A DNA stretch of 64,000 bases. It comes from an uncultured bacterium (GTDB taxonomy: Bacteria > Acidobacteriota > HRBIN11 > JAKEFK01). Each line of letters begins with the position of its first letter. Position 1 is the stretch's first letter. The stretch is taken from contig CAVZQN010000011.1 in assembly GCA_963777505.1 (NCBI GenBank), positions 96,001 through 160,000 on the forward strand. Direction: 5' to 3'. Position numbers and translations under genes: made by a program. The notes under the pieces were generated by a model. The model was not told the origin of the DNA and searched no databases. It worked only from the letters and a program-made list of their open reading frames with translations. Shown here piece after piece: positions 50,959 through 62,000 of the stretch.

Positions 50959-52000
50959 CATGGCGAAAAAGACGTTCACCGAAAATTTATCCGAAAGCTG
51001 GACTCAACAGCGCGAAGATTTACTCAAGCGTAAGTTTGCTGAATTCGGCCTCAAGCTTGAAGGTACCCACGTCCAGCAACTTGTGGAGCAACTTTATCAG
51101 GAGCTTGAATCCAGGGGGATACATTTTCGCCCGTCTGTCTATTTAGCAGACGAATGGGGTTGTCCTGAAGCCATTCCAATTATCGGTATCCCGTTCTATT
51201 TGGTAGATGAAAGACTGCTGCGGCTTGAAGATGAAATCATGGAAGGGATCGAAGCTGAATCTGATAAAGATATTTCAAGCTATCTACGTCATGAAGCCGG
51301 ACATACTTTTAACTACGCATACAAATTGTACGAGACAGAAGAATGGCATCATCTTTTTGGTCCATATTCGCGTCCTTATCGCGAAAATTACAAACCCAAT
51401 CCATTTTCGCGCAATTATGTGAGACATCTTCCAGGATGGTATGCGCAGAAACATCCGGATGAAGATTTTGCTGAGACATTTGCAGTTTGGCTAAATCCTC
51501 ATTCGCATTGGCAGGAGGTTTACAAAGACTGGGGTGCTTATAAAAAGCTGGAATATGTCGATCGTATGGCAGCAAAATGGGGTTCTCAACCGCCACTTGT
51601 TACTTCGGAAGATTACGATGTTGAAGAAGATTTAAGTGGATCTGTTGCTGAACATTACGAAGAATTCAAACCAGACTTCGTGGAAATGCCGGCTTATTTT
51701 GATGGCGATCTGAAGGATATTTTCGAACGCACCGAAACGCCTGGGAAAGAAAATCAATCAATACCGGCCCATCTTTTTCTGGCTGAACACAGCAGACAAA
51801 TTGTTGCGAATATTAATTATTGGACTGGACTCAATGACAGTTTAGTGCGTTCCTTAATGCGTCACTTTATTGAACGCTGCAGAGATCTCAACCTTTGGGC
51901 TGATCCAGATAGAAAATTGAAAACACTCACTGAAATTACTGCGTATGCAACGACTCTTTGCATGAATAAGTTATACAAAGGGGATTTCATTATTAAATGA
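50959..52000 (+). CDS. Putative zinc-binding metallopeptidase (zincin)
   Basis: LRHEAGH (HExxH) and YAQKHPDEDFAETFAVWL. Confidence 0.8.
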
Positions 52001-52015
52001 CACCTAGGAGAGGAC

Positions 52016-53041
52016 TTGAGGAAATTAAAAATTACGATTCTATTTGATGCCACCGAACAAGACGACAAAATTGAAGCAGAAGCAGAAGGCGAGAAGGTTA
52101 CTTTAGTCAGTGAACAGGTCAGAAAGATTTTGTTGTCATTCGGACATGAAGTCCGATTTCTCGCAGCGCGTACAGATATCCGCGAACTTGCAGGCCATCT
52201 CACAAAGGATGATAGCGATCTCATCTTCAACCTGTGCGAATCACTGGGCGGAATCAGTCAACACGAACAACATGTCGCTGCACTTATGGAAGTTTTGGGC
52301 AAACGATTTACAGGTGCAGGTGCATTCGGACTGGCGTTAGCTCAAGATAAAGGTTTAAGCAAAAAACTGTTTCATTTTCACGGCTTACCATATCCGAAAT
52401 TTTCAACCATGGATGCAGGCCAGGTAGAGTGGTCAGACGATCTAAGTTTTCCGTTGTTTGTAAAACCTCTCAACGAAGATGCCTCCATCGGTATTGACAG
52501 CAATGCAGTTGTTCAGAATGTGAAGGAATTGATGGAGCGAATTTCCTACATTCAGACTGAATTCAAGGCTCCTGCGCTCATTGAGGAATATATAGAAGGG
52601 CGCGAAATTTATATCGGTATTTTAGGGAACGAAAAGCCCGAACCTCTTCCAATCCTGGAATGGGATTTCTCCAAAGTACCGAAAGGCGTTCCAAGGATTG
52701 CTTCAAGTGAAGCAAAGTGGGATGAAGATCCTGATTTTAAGGATGCTCCGCAAATTTTCCCAACGGATCTTCCCGAAGCAGTGGCTAAAGAACTTCAAGA
52801 GGCTGCCGTCAATGCCTTTAAGATTCTAAAATTAAGGGATTATGGAAGAATCGATATGCGAATCAGGCGCAGCTCAAAAAAAGAAAGTAAGGCGATTGAA
52901 GGCTGGGAATATTTCATCATTGAAGCAAATCCGAATCCATATCTGGATCAGAAATCAGAATTCGCTATGGCCGCTGCAAAATATGACCTCAAATATCCAC
53001 AGTTGATCGAAAGAATCATCGAACTTGCAATGGAACGGTAA
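52016..53041 (+). CDS. D-Ala-D-Ala-ligase-like ATP-grasp enzyme
   Basis: IFNLCE, DKGLSK, PLFVKP..EDASIGI, EEYIEGRE, YGRIDMR, IEANPNP. Confidence 0.85.
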   Translation: MRKLKITILFDATEQDDKIEAEAEGEKVTLVSEQVRKILLSFGHEVRFLAARTDIRELAGHLTKDDSDLIFNLCESLGGISQHEQHVAALMEVLGKRFTGAGAFGLALAQDKGLSKKLFHFHGLPYPKFSTMDAGQVEWSDDLSFPLFVKPLNEDASIGIDSNAVVQNVKELMERISYIQTEFKAPALIEEYIEGREIYIGILGNEKPEPLPILEWDFSKVPKGVPRIASSEAKWDEDPDFKDAPQIFPTDLPEAVAKELQEAAVNAFKILKLRDYGRIDMRIRRSSKKESKAIEGWEYFIIEANPNPYLDQKSEFAMAAAKYDLKYPQLIERIIELAMER

Positions 53042-53105
53042 CTTCGTAAATTCTTAACCACGAAGTGACATGTGATCGCGAAGCTGTCAAACAGAAATTT
53101 ATGAA

Positions 53106-53262
53106 ATAGCCCCCAGCGTAAGCTGGGGGGCAATTGCGATGTTCAATGATTTAGCCCGCCGAAGGCGGGCGTAAGAGTCTTGATGCTAACTGGTCTTTCG
53201 CCCGCTCAAAGCGAGCTGGTTCTTTTCCGATCTTTTTACCCCCGGCTGACGCCGGGGGCTAT
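53106..53262. repeat. MITE/REP-like composite palindromic element
   Basis: Terminal ATAGCCCCC...GGGGGCTAT with internal hairpins GCCCGCCGAAGGCGGGC and CGCCCGCTCAAAGCGAGC. Confidence 0.7.
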
Positions 53263-53328
53263 GATTTTCAAAGCATTTCACAAAGAATTACGGAGTAATA
53301 ATTTAAGAATACCCTTCGTGGTTAAAAA

Positions 53329-54408
53329 TTAATTTGTCGCTGAAACAACTTCTGGAGCGGGTTTCGCTGGCTCTTTCAAGTGACGCGGAACGATTTGGAT
53401 CAGTGTTATTGCTAATACAGTCGTAATTGGACCAAAAAACAGACCAGAAGGCCCAAAGGCCAATAACCCACCGAGAACACTTATTAAACCAAGCAGGGGA
53501 TGAAGTTCGGTTTTTCCTTTTAACACCCACGGTTTAACAACATTGTCCGATAATCCTGCGAGTACAAATGCCACAGTCATTCCGATGGCTGAGCCGATCT
53601 TTCCGTTTGCAAGCAAATACAGAATTCCACCGATGCTTGTTGGTGCGCATCCTACAAGAGGTATGAATGAAAAGATTGCAGTTAAAAAACCGAAGAGGTG
53701 TGGCCTTGGTATTCCAAAGATCCAGTATGCAAGTCCAATGATTGTTCCTTGAACAATTCCTGCAATTAGAGTACCAAGCACCACCGCTTTGGAAATTTTT
53801 TCAACGTTGTTAAAAATTGTTTTTGTGTCTAAGGATGAAAACGGAAGATTTGCTCGCAAAAAGGCAACAAATCGAGGTCCATCTACAAGTCCGAAATAAA
53901 ACGCAATTAAGAAAAAAACAACGGCCAGAACTTTTCGCGGTACAGATGCAGCAAGCGATGTGAGGAATTTCGTAGCTGAAGTTGCAAACTGAAAAACGAA
54001 AAATTTAGTACGTTCAATAAATTCTTTTTCAGTTGTTGGCCGAACCCGATTGATAGCCTGATATACATTCGAAAATACAGGGATATCTAAAATTCCTGAA
54101 GATTTATCTTCATGCTTCGAAATTTGATTTAAAGTTGTTACGAGATGCGATGCATCTTTATATACAAAAATTCCAAGAAGAATGAGAGGCAATAAAACGC
54201 AGATCAGAACGATAAAGGTTGAGAGTGCAGCAGGGAGATGGCTACTATTATTCGATTTTTTTCTAAGCCAGAGATATGCAGGTCGGAATACAAGGGAAAT
54301 GATCAGGCCGAGTGTAACTGGAATGAGAAATCTGTGAATTACAAATCCGAATAAAACTAAGACGATTCCTAGAATTACGAGCTGTCCAATAGATCTGTAT
54401 TGTTTCAT
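53329..54408 (-). CDS. AI-2E family transporter
   Basis: Multiple TM segments; FIPLVG, DNVVKP, HPLLGLISVLGGL..FG..GLFFGP. Confidence 0.88.
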   Translation of the reverse strand: MKQYRSIGQLVILGIVLVLFGFVIHRFLIPVTLGLIISLVFRPAYLWLRKKSNNSSHLPAALSTFIVLICVLLPLILLGIFVYKDASHLVTTLNQISKHEDKSSGILDIPVFSNVYQAINRVRPTTEKEFIERTKFFVFQFATSATKFLTSLAASVPRKVLAVVFFLIAFYFGLVDGPRFVAFLRANLPFSSLDTKTIFNNVEKISKAVVLGTLIAGIVQGTIIGLAYWIFGIPRPHLFGFLTAIFSFIPLVGCAPTSIGGILYLLANGKIGSAIGMTVAFVLAGLSDNVVKPWVLKGKTELHPLLGLISVLGGLLAFGPSGLFFGPITTVLAITLIQIVPRHLKEPAKPAPEVVSATN

Positions 54409-54429
54409 TTTTCAATGACGCTTAGCGCT

Positions 54430-54506
54430 GTAGGGGCGACCCTTGTGGTCGCCACGGGCCCTGCAGCAAAATATCTGCTTTGGGCGGCCACAAGGACCGC
54501 CCCCTA
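54430..54506. repeat. GTAG-type REP doublet
   Basis: GTAGGGGCGACCCTTGTGGTCGCC ... GGGCGGCCACAAGGACCGCCCCTAC. Confidence 0.85.
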
Positions 54507-54590
54507 CCAGGTTTTCCCTCTCGTCTAATCTATGATCATTGCACAAAGAACAAGCGACCTATTTTAGCTAACAAAGGAAAAGGTATAGGG

Positions 54591-55868
54591 ATGCCACTTA
54601 AGAAAGGAACCAAAATATTCTTAGCTCTTCTGGGATTGGCAATTGTCGTAGTGATTCTTTTCTACGATTTTGCCTCCGACAAGGCTCTTGAAAAGGAAAT
54701 CATATGCAGCTATGGCGTCAATGATCCGGAATTTGTGCATGTGATGAACTACTTCTTGGGGCCCAGTATTCAGGATGGTGGAAAAGTTGAAACTCTTTTG
54801 AATGGAGATGAAGTTTTTCCTGCGATGCTTAAAGCCATCGACGAAGCAAAGAAATCAATAACTTTCGAAACCTACATATATTGGTCTGGCAAAGTTGGCC
54901 GTCAATTTACAGATGCACTCTGTAGAAAAGCAAAAGAAGGCTTGAAAGTTCATGTGCTTTTGGATTGGGTAGGCAGCGGAAAAATGGACAAAGAGTTACT
55001 GCAGAAAATGGAATCTTCAGGCATTCAAGTTGGCCGTTATCATGAAGTGAGCTGGTATTCATTACAAAAACTCAACAATCGGACCCATCGAAAAATAATG
55101 ATTGTTGATGGCAAGATCGGATTTACGGGTGGTCTTGGGGTCGCAGATCATTGGCTTGGAAATGCCAGTTCAAAGGAAGAATGGAGGGATACTCATTATC
55201 GTTTTGAAGGGCCTTCAGTATCTCAAATGCAATCAGTATTCAATGAAAACTGGATTGAACTTCGTGGAGAACTTTTGCATGGTCCCGATTACTTTCCACC
55301 AGTTGAAAATGCCGGAGAGCAGAAGACTCAGGTGTTCAAAAGCTCGCCAGAGGATGGCAGCGAAAGTGCACGTCTGATGTATCTTCTTTCGATTGCTGCG
55401 GCCCGAAAAAATATTCTAATGAGTAATGCCTATTTCGTTCCTGATGATCTTTCGGTCAAACACCTGATCTCTGCTGCAAAGCGTGGAGTTAAAATTCAGA
55501 TTATTGCTCCGGGTGAAGTAACGGATACAAAGCTTGTGCGACACGCTTCACGTTCAAGATGGGGGGACCTATTGAAAGCGGGTGTTGAGTTTTATGAGTA
55601 TCAGCCCACAATGTTTCATTGCAAAGTAATGACTGTTGATGATATTTGGTCTACTGTTGGCTCAACAAATTTCGATAACCGATCATTTCGATTAAATGAT
55701 GAAGTAAATCTTAATGTGTATGATTCAGATTTTGCGATGGAGCAAAACAGAATTTTCAAAGAGGATCTTTCGAAATCGCGCAAAGTTACATATGAACAAT
55801 GGAAGAACCGTCCATTCATGGAGAAGTTTAAAGAATGGGCCGCAGGTTTGCTCCGCCACCAGCTCTAA
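54591..55868 (+). CDS. cls: Cardiolipin synthase (phospholipase D family)
   Basis: Two HKD motifs (RTHRKIMIVD, FHCKVMTVD), GSTNFDNRSF, N-terminal TM. Confidence 0.88.
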   Translation: MPLKKGTKIFLALLGLAIVVVILFYDFASDKALEKEIICSYGVNDPEFVHVMNYFLGPSIQDGGKVETLLNGDEVFPAMLKAIDEAKKSITFETYIYWSGKVGRQFTDALCRKAKEGLKVHVLLDWVGSGKMDKELLQKMESSGIQVGRYHEVSWYSLQKLNNRTHRKIMIVDGKIGFTGGLGVADHWLGNASSKEEWRDTHYRFEGPSVSQMQSVFNENWIELRGELLHGPDYFPPVENAGEQKTQVFKSSPEDGSESARLMYLLSIAAARKNILMSNAYFVPDDLSVKHLISAAKRGVKIQIIAPGEVTDTKLVRHASRSRWGDLLKAGVEFYEYQPTMFHCKVMTVDDIWSTVGSTNFDNRSFRLNDEVNLNVYDSDFAMEQNRIFKEDLSKSRKVTYEQWKNRPFMEKFKEWAAGLLRHQL

Positions 55869-55883
55869 CCTCTCTGCGTCTAA

Positions 55884-55957
55884 GTAGGGGCGGTCTAAGA
55901 CCCGCCCGCCGAGAATTTCGCACAAGTAAAACGGGCGGGTCTAAGACCCGCCCCTAC
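55884..55957. repeat. GTAG-type REP doublet between convergent cls and addA
   Basis: GTAGGGGCGGTCTAAGACCCGCCC ... GGGCGGGTCTAAGACCCGCCCCTAC. Confidence 0.85.
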
Positions 55958-58900
55958 AGATCTAACAGTTTTCCTGAACGCAGCAGAGCACAATCGTGAA
56001 GCATGACTCATATTCAATGCTTTCCCGTAAAGTTCCATCTGCTTTGCGTATGTTTGAAGCGATTCAGGCTCTACATCGTTAACTGTTTTATAATCCACTA
56101 AATAATGTTTCCCTGATTTGTCTTTTGCTAACAGATCGATCGTTCCTGTAAGCACTTTGTTTTGATCCTGATCAAAAACGCATAGAGGCACTTCGCGGCC
56201 AAGAATCTCAAGGGACGCAATCCATTTCGCTGCATCGGAACGGAAGAATTTTTCCAGAATTTTTTCAGCTTCTTCTTCAGCGACTTCTAGATCGAATGCC
56301 GAATGTGCATCACTCAATTTCGATTTTTCTATCTCCAACAGGAAACGGAAATTGTTCGATGATTGAAAATCGATCCGTTCAAGAACGCCATGACAGAGAA
56401 GTCCGACTATGCGAGCATGCATGGAAACGTATTCAAATTCGGTTTCAGCTTCTTCCTCAGATTCTGAGGCCCGGCCTTCGATCCCTGCATCCGCAAGGCC
56501 GGGCCTCAAGGCTTCAGTTGTAATTGAATTAAGAAGTGGCAGAGTGAAACGAGTCCGAATGGATTCAATTTCCTCCCAGCCTTTCACAATCGGTTTTAAG
56601 TTCATTTTCTCACGTTGAGGATTCAGCAAACTGGAAGGCAGCCACGGTTCTCCTTTTTGCAGTGTGATATCCACATCGGGATGGATTATTTCTAAAAAGG
56701 CCATGATGTTTTTGCCGCCGGTATTTTTGGGATCATCTCCTGCGATCGTAAAACAAAGTTCATGTTTCGCGCGAGTTGCGGCTACATAAAGCACTCGTTT
56801 TTCTTCGTCACCCAATTCAAGGTCAACGTCACCAATTTTCGATTTTTGTTTCCGCTTGACTGTGGAACGATTTGAATATTGGTCTCGTAAATAATTGGCT
56901 TCTGTAAACCCGCCGATTTTTAGAGATGCACTATCGGTTCTCCAATTTTGTTTAATGTCCGTTCTGTCCACATAGTTTCCGCCGCCATAATCAGTTAGCG
57001 CAACATATGTAATTGGAAAGTCGAGTCCTTTTGCTCTGTGAATACTGAGAATACGAACAGCATCCACACCTTCATCAGCGACTGCTTCCTGTCCGAGATC
57101 TTTCAATTCACGCGAATAACGTTCGAGTTGTTTTACAAAACTATAAGTGCTGATTAACGGATCCAGATCGGCTTCGAGAGCTTGTTTGTGGATCTTCAGT
57201 ATATTGAGCGGCGAAATATCCCTGCGGTGCGCTCCATATGAAATCGCTGCAAGTGAAAGGATTGGAAAGCGAGTCAGGACTTCATCGACGAGTTTTCCCG
57301 GATTTAGTTCGGGCATTTTCTGCCTGATTTCGTAGATCGAATTCAGGAAGCTTAAAACTGTTTGAAGCCGGCCTTCGGGTGCATCTTTAAGAGTGGTGGA
57401 AAGTGCTGATTGAATTGTTGGAAATTGTTCTTCTGGTTTTGTTTTCGTTTTTAATGTTGAAAAGAAGAGTGCAAGTTCAAGATCAGAAAAACCGAATAAA
57501 GGAGATCGCAGCGTTGCAGCCATTGCAATTGAATCCATGTCATCCACAATCCACTTCAGTAAATTCACAAAATCAATGACTTCTTGCGATTGGAAGAAGA
57601 ATTTTTCTCCTTCAATGACTACAGGAATACCTCGCGCACTGAGTGCATCGACATAAAGGTGAGCATTTGGCAGTCTTCGTAGGAGGATTGCGGTGCCGCG
57701 ATACCGATCTCCTTCGGCCGCATCGTCCGCGCGTTGCTTAATTTCATTGGCTAACCAGTTAGCCTCGCTTAATATTCGCAGATGAAGCGCATCATTTTCG
57801 TCGGTTTCGATTTTTACCAGACGCACACAATCATTGATGTCATGGCCTTCACAATGATCATTCATTGTTGTTGATGATTCAGGATCGAGTGACGGAAATA
57901 ATCGTTCCGCAAGTGCGTTTGTAAACTCAACAAGATTTTTGCACGATCTCCAGTTGCCAGTAAGAGCTGTAACTTCGACTGCTTCTTCGCCAAGGATGGC
58001 TTTGATTGTGCTGTAGGCGCCAGGATCGGCATTTCGAAATCCGTAAATGGATTGTTTAGGATCCCCGACCACAAATAACTTTCTTGGCTGCAACTTTAAA
58101 TGAAACGTGCCTGCAGCAAGATCATGTAACCGGAAATCAGATTCAACGTTATCCTGCTCGCACAAATATAAAAATATTTCGTACTGGACCGGATCTGTAT
58201 CTTGCATCTCATCCACAAGCACGATTTTGTATCGTTCTTTCAATCTCCGGCGCACATCCGTATGATCTCGAAGCAAGTTTCGCGTATCAAGAATCAGATC
58301 GTCGTATCTTAAATAACCAAGGGTTTTATATTCATCCAGTAAATTGATAACAAAATCGCGCGTTAAAGAATGAATGGCTTCATAGACATCATCATTCCTG
58401 TAATTCAAAGCGTCTTTAATTGCATTTTTCCATGATGTGTCTTTCACCGTGGATGGGACTGAAAGCATTAAATTTAGAGTCCGCCGGTTCAAAGGTACAT
58501 CTTTCAACGCACTTAAAAATGCAGATTCCCAATTGCGGTTTTGATTGATTTCCCATGCAAGTGGAGTTTGAATCAGCTCAAACAACCAATCCGTGGAATC
58601 ATCATCAGGTTTTTGAAAAGTGAACCTTCGGCTGGTCAAATGTTCGGCAAGCAATTTTAGATTTTGTATCCCAAAGACTTCGATCAGTCTTGGATAGGGT
58701 TCACGTTGCCCACGAAGAACGCCTGATAGAAAACGATCCCAATGTGCTTCAAACAGTTCATCAAAATGGGATTGGTCGGCATCCACTTCAAAAAGAGGAG
58801 TCAAGCCGATGCGGCTTCCATAGCGTTTTAATATTTGAGTGCAAAATGCATGAATGGTTCCAATGAATCCTTGATTTACTTCTTCGAAGCGTTTGGCATC

Positions 58901-59098
58901 CATTTGGCCGCTGGCTACAAGTTCCGCCATGCGTGTACGCAACCGTTCGACCATTTCAGTTGCGGCTTTTTCAGTAAAAGTAACTGCGCAAATATTTTTC
59001 AAAGCCACTCCATCAGAAACTTGCTTCAGGATGTGGCTTGTCAGTTCAAATGTCTTGCCCGTGCCGGCATTTGCTTCAATAAATGTCGCAATACTCAT
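55954..59098 (-). CDS. addA: AddA/RecB-like UvrD helicase-nuclease; probable indel near 55995
   Basis: ANAGTGKT, TFTEKAA, TIHAFC, VDEMQDT, VGDPKQSIY, SIHRAKGLDF, LYVAATRA, GTIDLL...VDYKT; an alternative frame ends LLRSGKLLDL* at 55954. Confidence 0.88.
56465..56508. repeat. Palindromic repeat inside the addA coding sequence
   Basis: TGAGGCCCGGCCTT-n16-AAGGCCGGGCCTCA, same family as 3490-3588. Confidence 0.8.
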
Positions 59099-62000
59099 TG
59101 TTCTTCCACAGAAGCCATTCTTCGCCGTAGTAATGTTGCTGCATGGGTTCTACGGCAGAGTTGTGTATATGAACAGTACTTGCAATCAGAAAAAGGTCCG
59201 CTTGGATCTTTTAAAATTCGAAATTGTCCTTTGAGTAATTCAATTCCGCAATTTTGCGTTTTCAGGAATTGATTTTCCTTTGTATATGTCTCTGCCGGTG
59301 TGGATTTTCCCCCAAAAACGCGAAGCGCTTTCTCCATACTTTCGGAAGGAAGATTCAGCCTGATTAGTTCACGCTCCGTATTTCGTGGATCACCAAATTG
59401 CTCGAACATATTTAAGCGGAAATAACGGAATGGAAGGAATTCTCCTGAAGTGACTTCATGCATTGCAGGATACAAACAAAATTGGAGTTCGCCATTGCTA
59501 TGCATCATATTTTCAGTGTTTGCTGTCCGGCTGCTTCCCCATTTCAGATCTGAAATCAATCCATTCTGCTTGCCTGTTTTGTAAGTAATCAGATCGAGAA
59601 TGCCTGAAATGATCACTGGAAAGCCATATGAGTTTGTTTTAGCTCCAACGAGTTCAACAGTCTCTTTATTATCAAGCCCTGGAGTCAGCGCAAGTTTCAG
59701 ATCAAATCCTTCCGCCTGTAAATATTTCAAAAGATTCTCAGCACCTCTTTGAAATTTCTTGACATATAAATTCAGAATTAATGGTGGAAATATGTCACTG
59801 TACTTTTGCCGTAAATCCTCAGCAGCTTTACGCACAGCTTCTTCGATAGAAATTGTGGATTTCTTCAGTTCCTTGATCGATTCTTTTACAACCGTTTCAG
59901 CCAAAATTCCTTTTGTTAACGGATCCAGATCCTGTTCTTCGTTATCTATTTCCTTGGGACTTTCTTCAAGTCCGAGAACAGCGGTTCCAAAGAATTGAAA
60001 CGGACAAATCATAAAGGTCTTTAATTTTGAGTAGCTTAAACGGAGATGGTCGGCATTCCGTTGCTGCAATAAAGAACGCCAGACATCTTCCTGTTTTTCG
60101 AGGCATCCATCTACATTTAAAGCTTCATTCAAATCGTATGAATTCATTCTGCGAGCAAACTGAAGTGTTTGTTTTGCAAATTCTGCAGGCAGCTGATGCG
60201 TATGAAGTAAGACTTCTTCAGGCGCAAACCATTCAGCAAGTGCGGAACATTCTGCGAATGTCGGTAATACTTCGGGACGGGCTATCTTTTTCTCAAAGAG
60301 TTTTGCTTCGAGCTGTTTTGGTATAACACGGACCGCTGGATTGTTTTCCGATGTTTTACCTGTAAGTAGACGCAGCGATTCGTCCAGATACGCTGAGCAT
60401 GTTTGTTTTCGGCCTTGAGCATCCGCGCGTTGGTATGACAGAAATAAATGCTGCTTCGCGGATCGTAATGCGATTGAATAAAGAAGCAGCTCTTCTTCGC
60501 CGCCTTCTTTTAGAGGAAATAAGCGTGAATTAGGGGATCGTTGGATTCTAACCGGTGAAGGCCCTACACCGGTTATATCACGAAGAACTTCGCGGGCCTT
60601 ATCCGGAAGAAATGGATCTTCAAACTGCCGTCGCGGAAAAATTTCACGATTCAAGTGCAGCAAGAATACATAATCCGCATTCAGGCCGCGGACCTGCATG
60701 ATGTCACCAATTTGTACGCCTTGAGTTTGATGCTGATTTGTATCAATCGTAGTTTGTTTTAAATAAAGTTCGAGTACATGTGAAAATTCTGAAATTGTAA
60801 TTTCAAGCGAATCAAGAAGAGAATATTCTGACAACTTGTTAAGCAAATCTAAAACGGGCTGGAATGCAGGGTTCACTGATGCGACGTTTTCCTTCTGCAT
60901 TCGCACAGCTTCTGTTTCTTCAAATAGAAGCGCGAGTTGACCTGCTTTCTTTTTCTTTTTAATGGGATGTTGGACTGCAGGAATTTGGGGTGGTTCATTC
61001 CGGTTTTGAACAGAAAGTGAATTCAACGCCGTTATTAATGACTTCGCAAAAGCAGGCAAAGACGCCTTCTCAGGAATTTGACTGAGAAGCTGCCTCAAGC
61101 TCATCAGTGATCGTGCAGTGTTATGCCATGCGAGGCGTTTATCTTCATTCTCCTGAACTTCTTCTTCAAGCAAAGACGGCAGAGGTTGATCATTTAAAAG
61201 TGGTTTTAAGCGGTCCCAATCATCCCAGTTCCTTATGTACAGCCGTTCCATCAAATCTTTTACGTTGCGGATATCTTTGTAACCGGTCCGCATAACGAAA
61301 GGTGAAGAAAGAAATTCAAAAAGTGTTGCTGCATTGAGTCGTGATTGACGCGCTCGAAGAACCAGTGAAGAAAATCTTGCATAAGGATCATGCGCAAGTG
61401 TTGTTCCACGAACGAGGTTTGAAGGAATCTGATTTTCTTCAAAAACGCGGATAAGTGGAAGCGGATCTTCGAGAGCTCGAGTCATTACAAGAATCTGATC
61501 GAATGAAGCTCCATGATTCCTGACAAGATCAAGAATCTTTTTGGCTACGGCCCATGCTTCATCATACGGCCCGGCAGCGCTGAAAAAATCAACGCGTGCG
61601 AGTTCTTTATGCTTCAGAGTTCCATCCTGAAACAAAGCAGAATCAAGATCAACGCTTGCCAGCGGCACGCGCTTTTCGTGGCAAAGAATTTCGCCCCCGA
61701 AGCGTGACGTAAGTGAGTAGAGCCGGTCAAAGAAAGGCTGAGCGTACTGAGCCGGATGTTCGACAGTGGTGTCTTGTACCTGAAAAGGAAAAAAGATCCG
61801 AGCGCGGTTGTTGTTTTCAACTGTACCTCGAATGATTTCTTCTAAAACATCGGACTGTGTTTGCGTTGCGTCATAAAATCCATAAACAAAAACAGAGGAA
61901 ATCCTTTTTGATTTCGCCCATGCTGCTGCGGCTGAATGTGCATTGGCGGCAGATGTCTGAAGGTTTAGAATTCGATGTTCTTGTAGAAACGTTTCAAAGC

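Noticed and set aside
54480-54590. N-terminal extension of cls
   Set aside because: It starts inside a REP element; the ATG at 54591 precedes the TM anchor
55895-55953. AddA C-terminal tail VGAGLRPARF...
   Set aside because: It is a translated REP doublet after a probable indel
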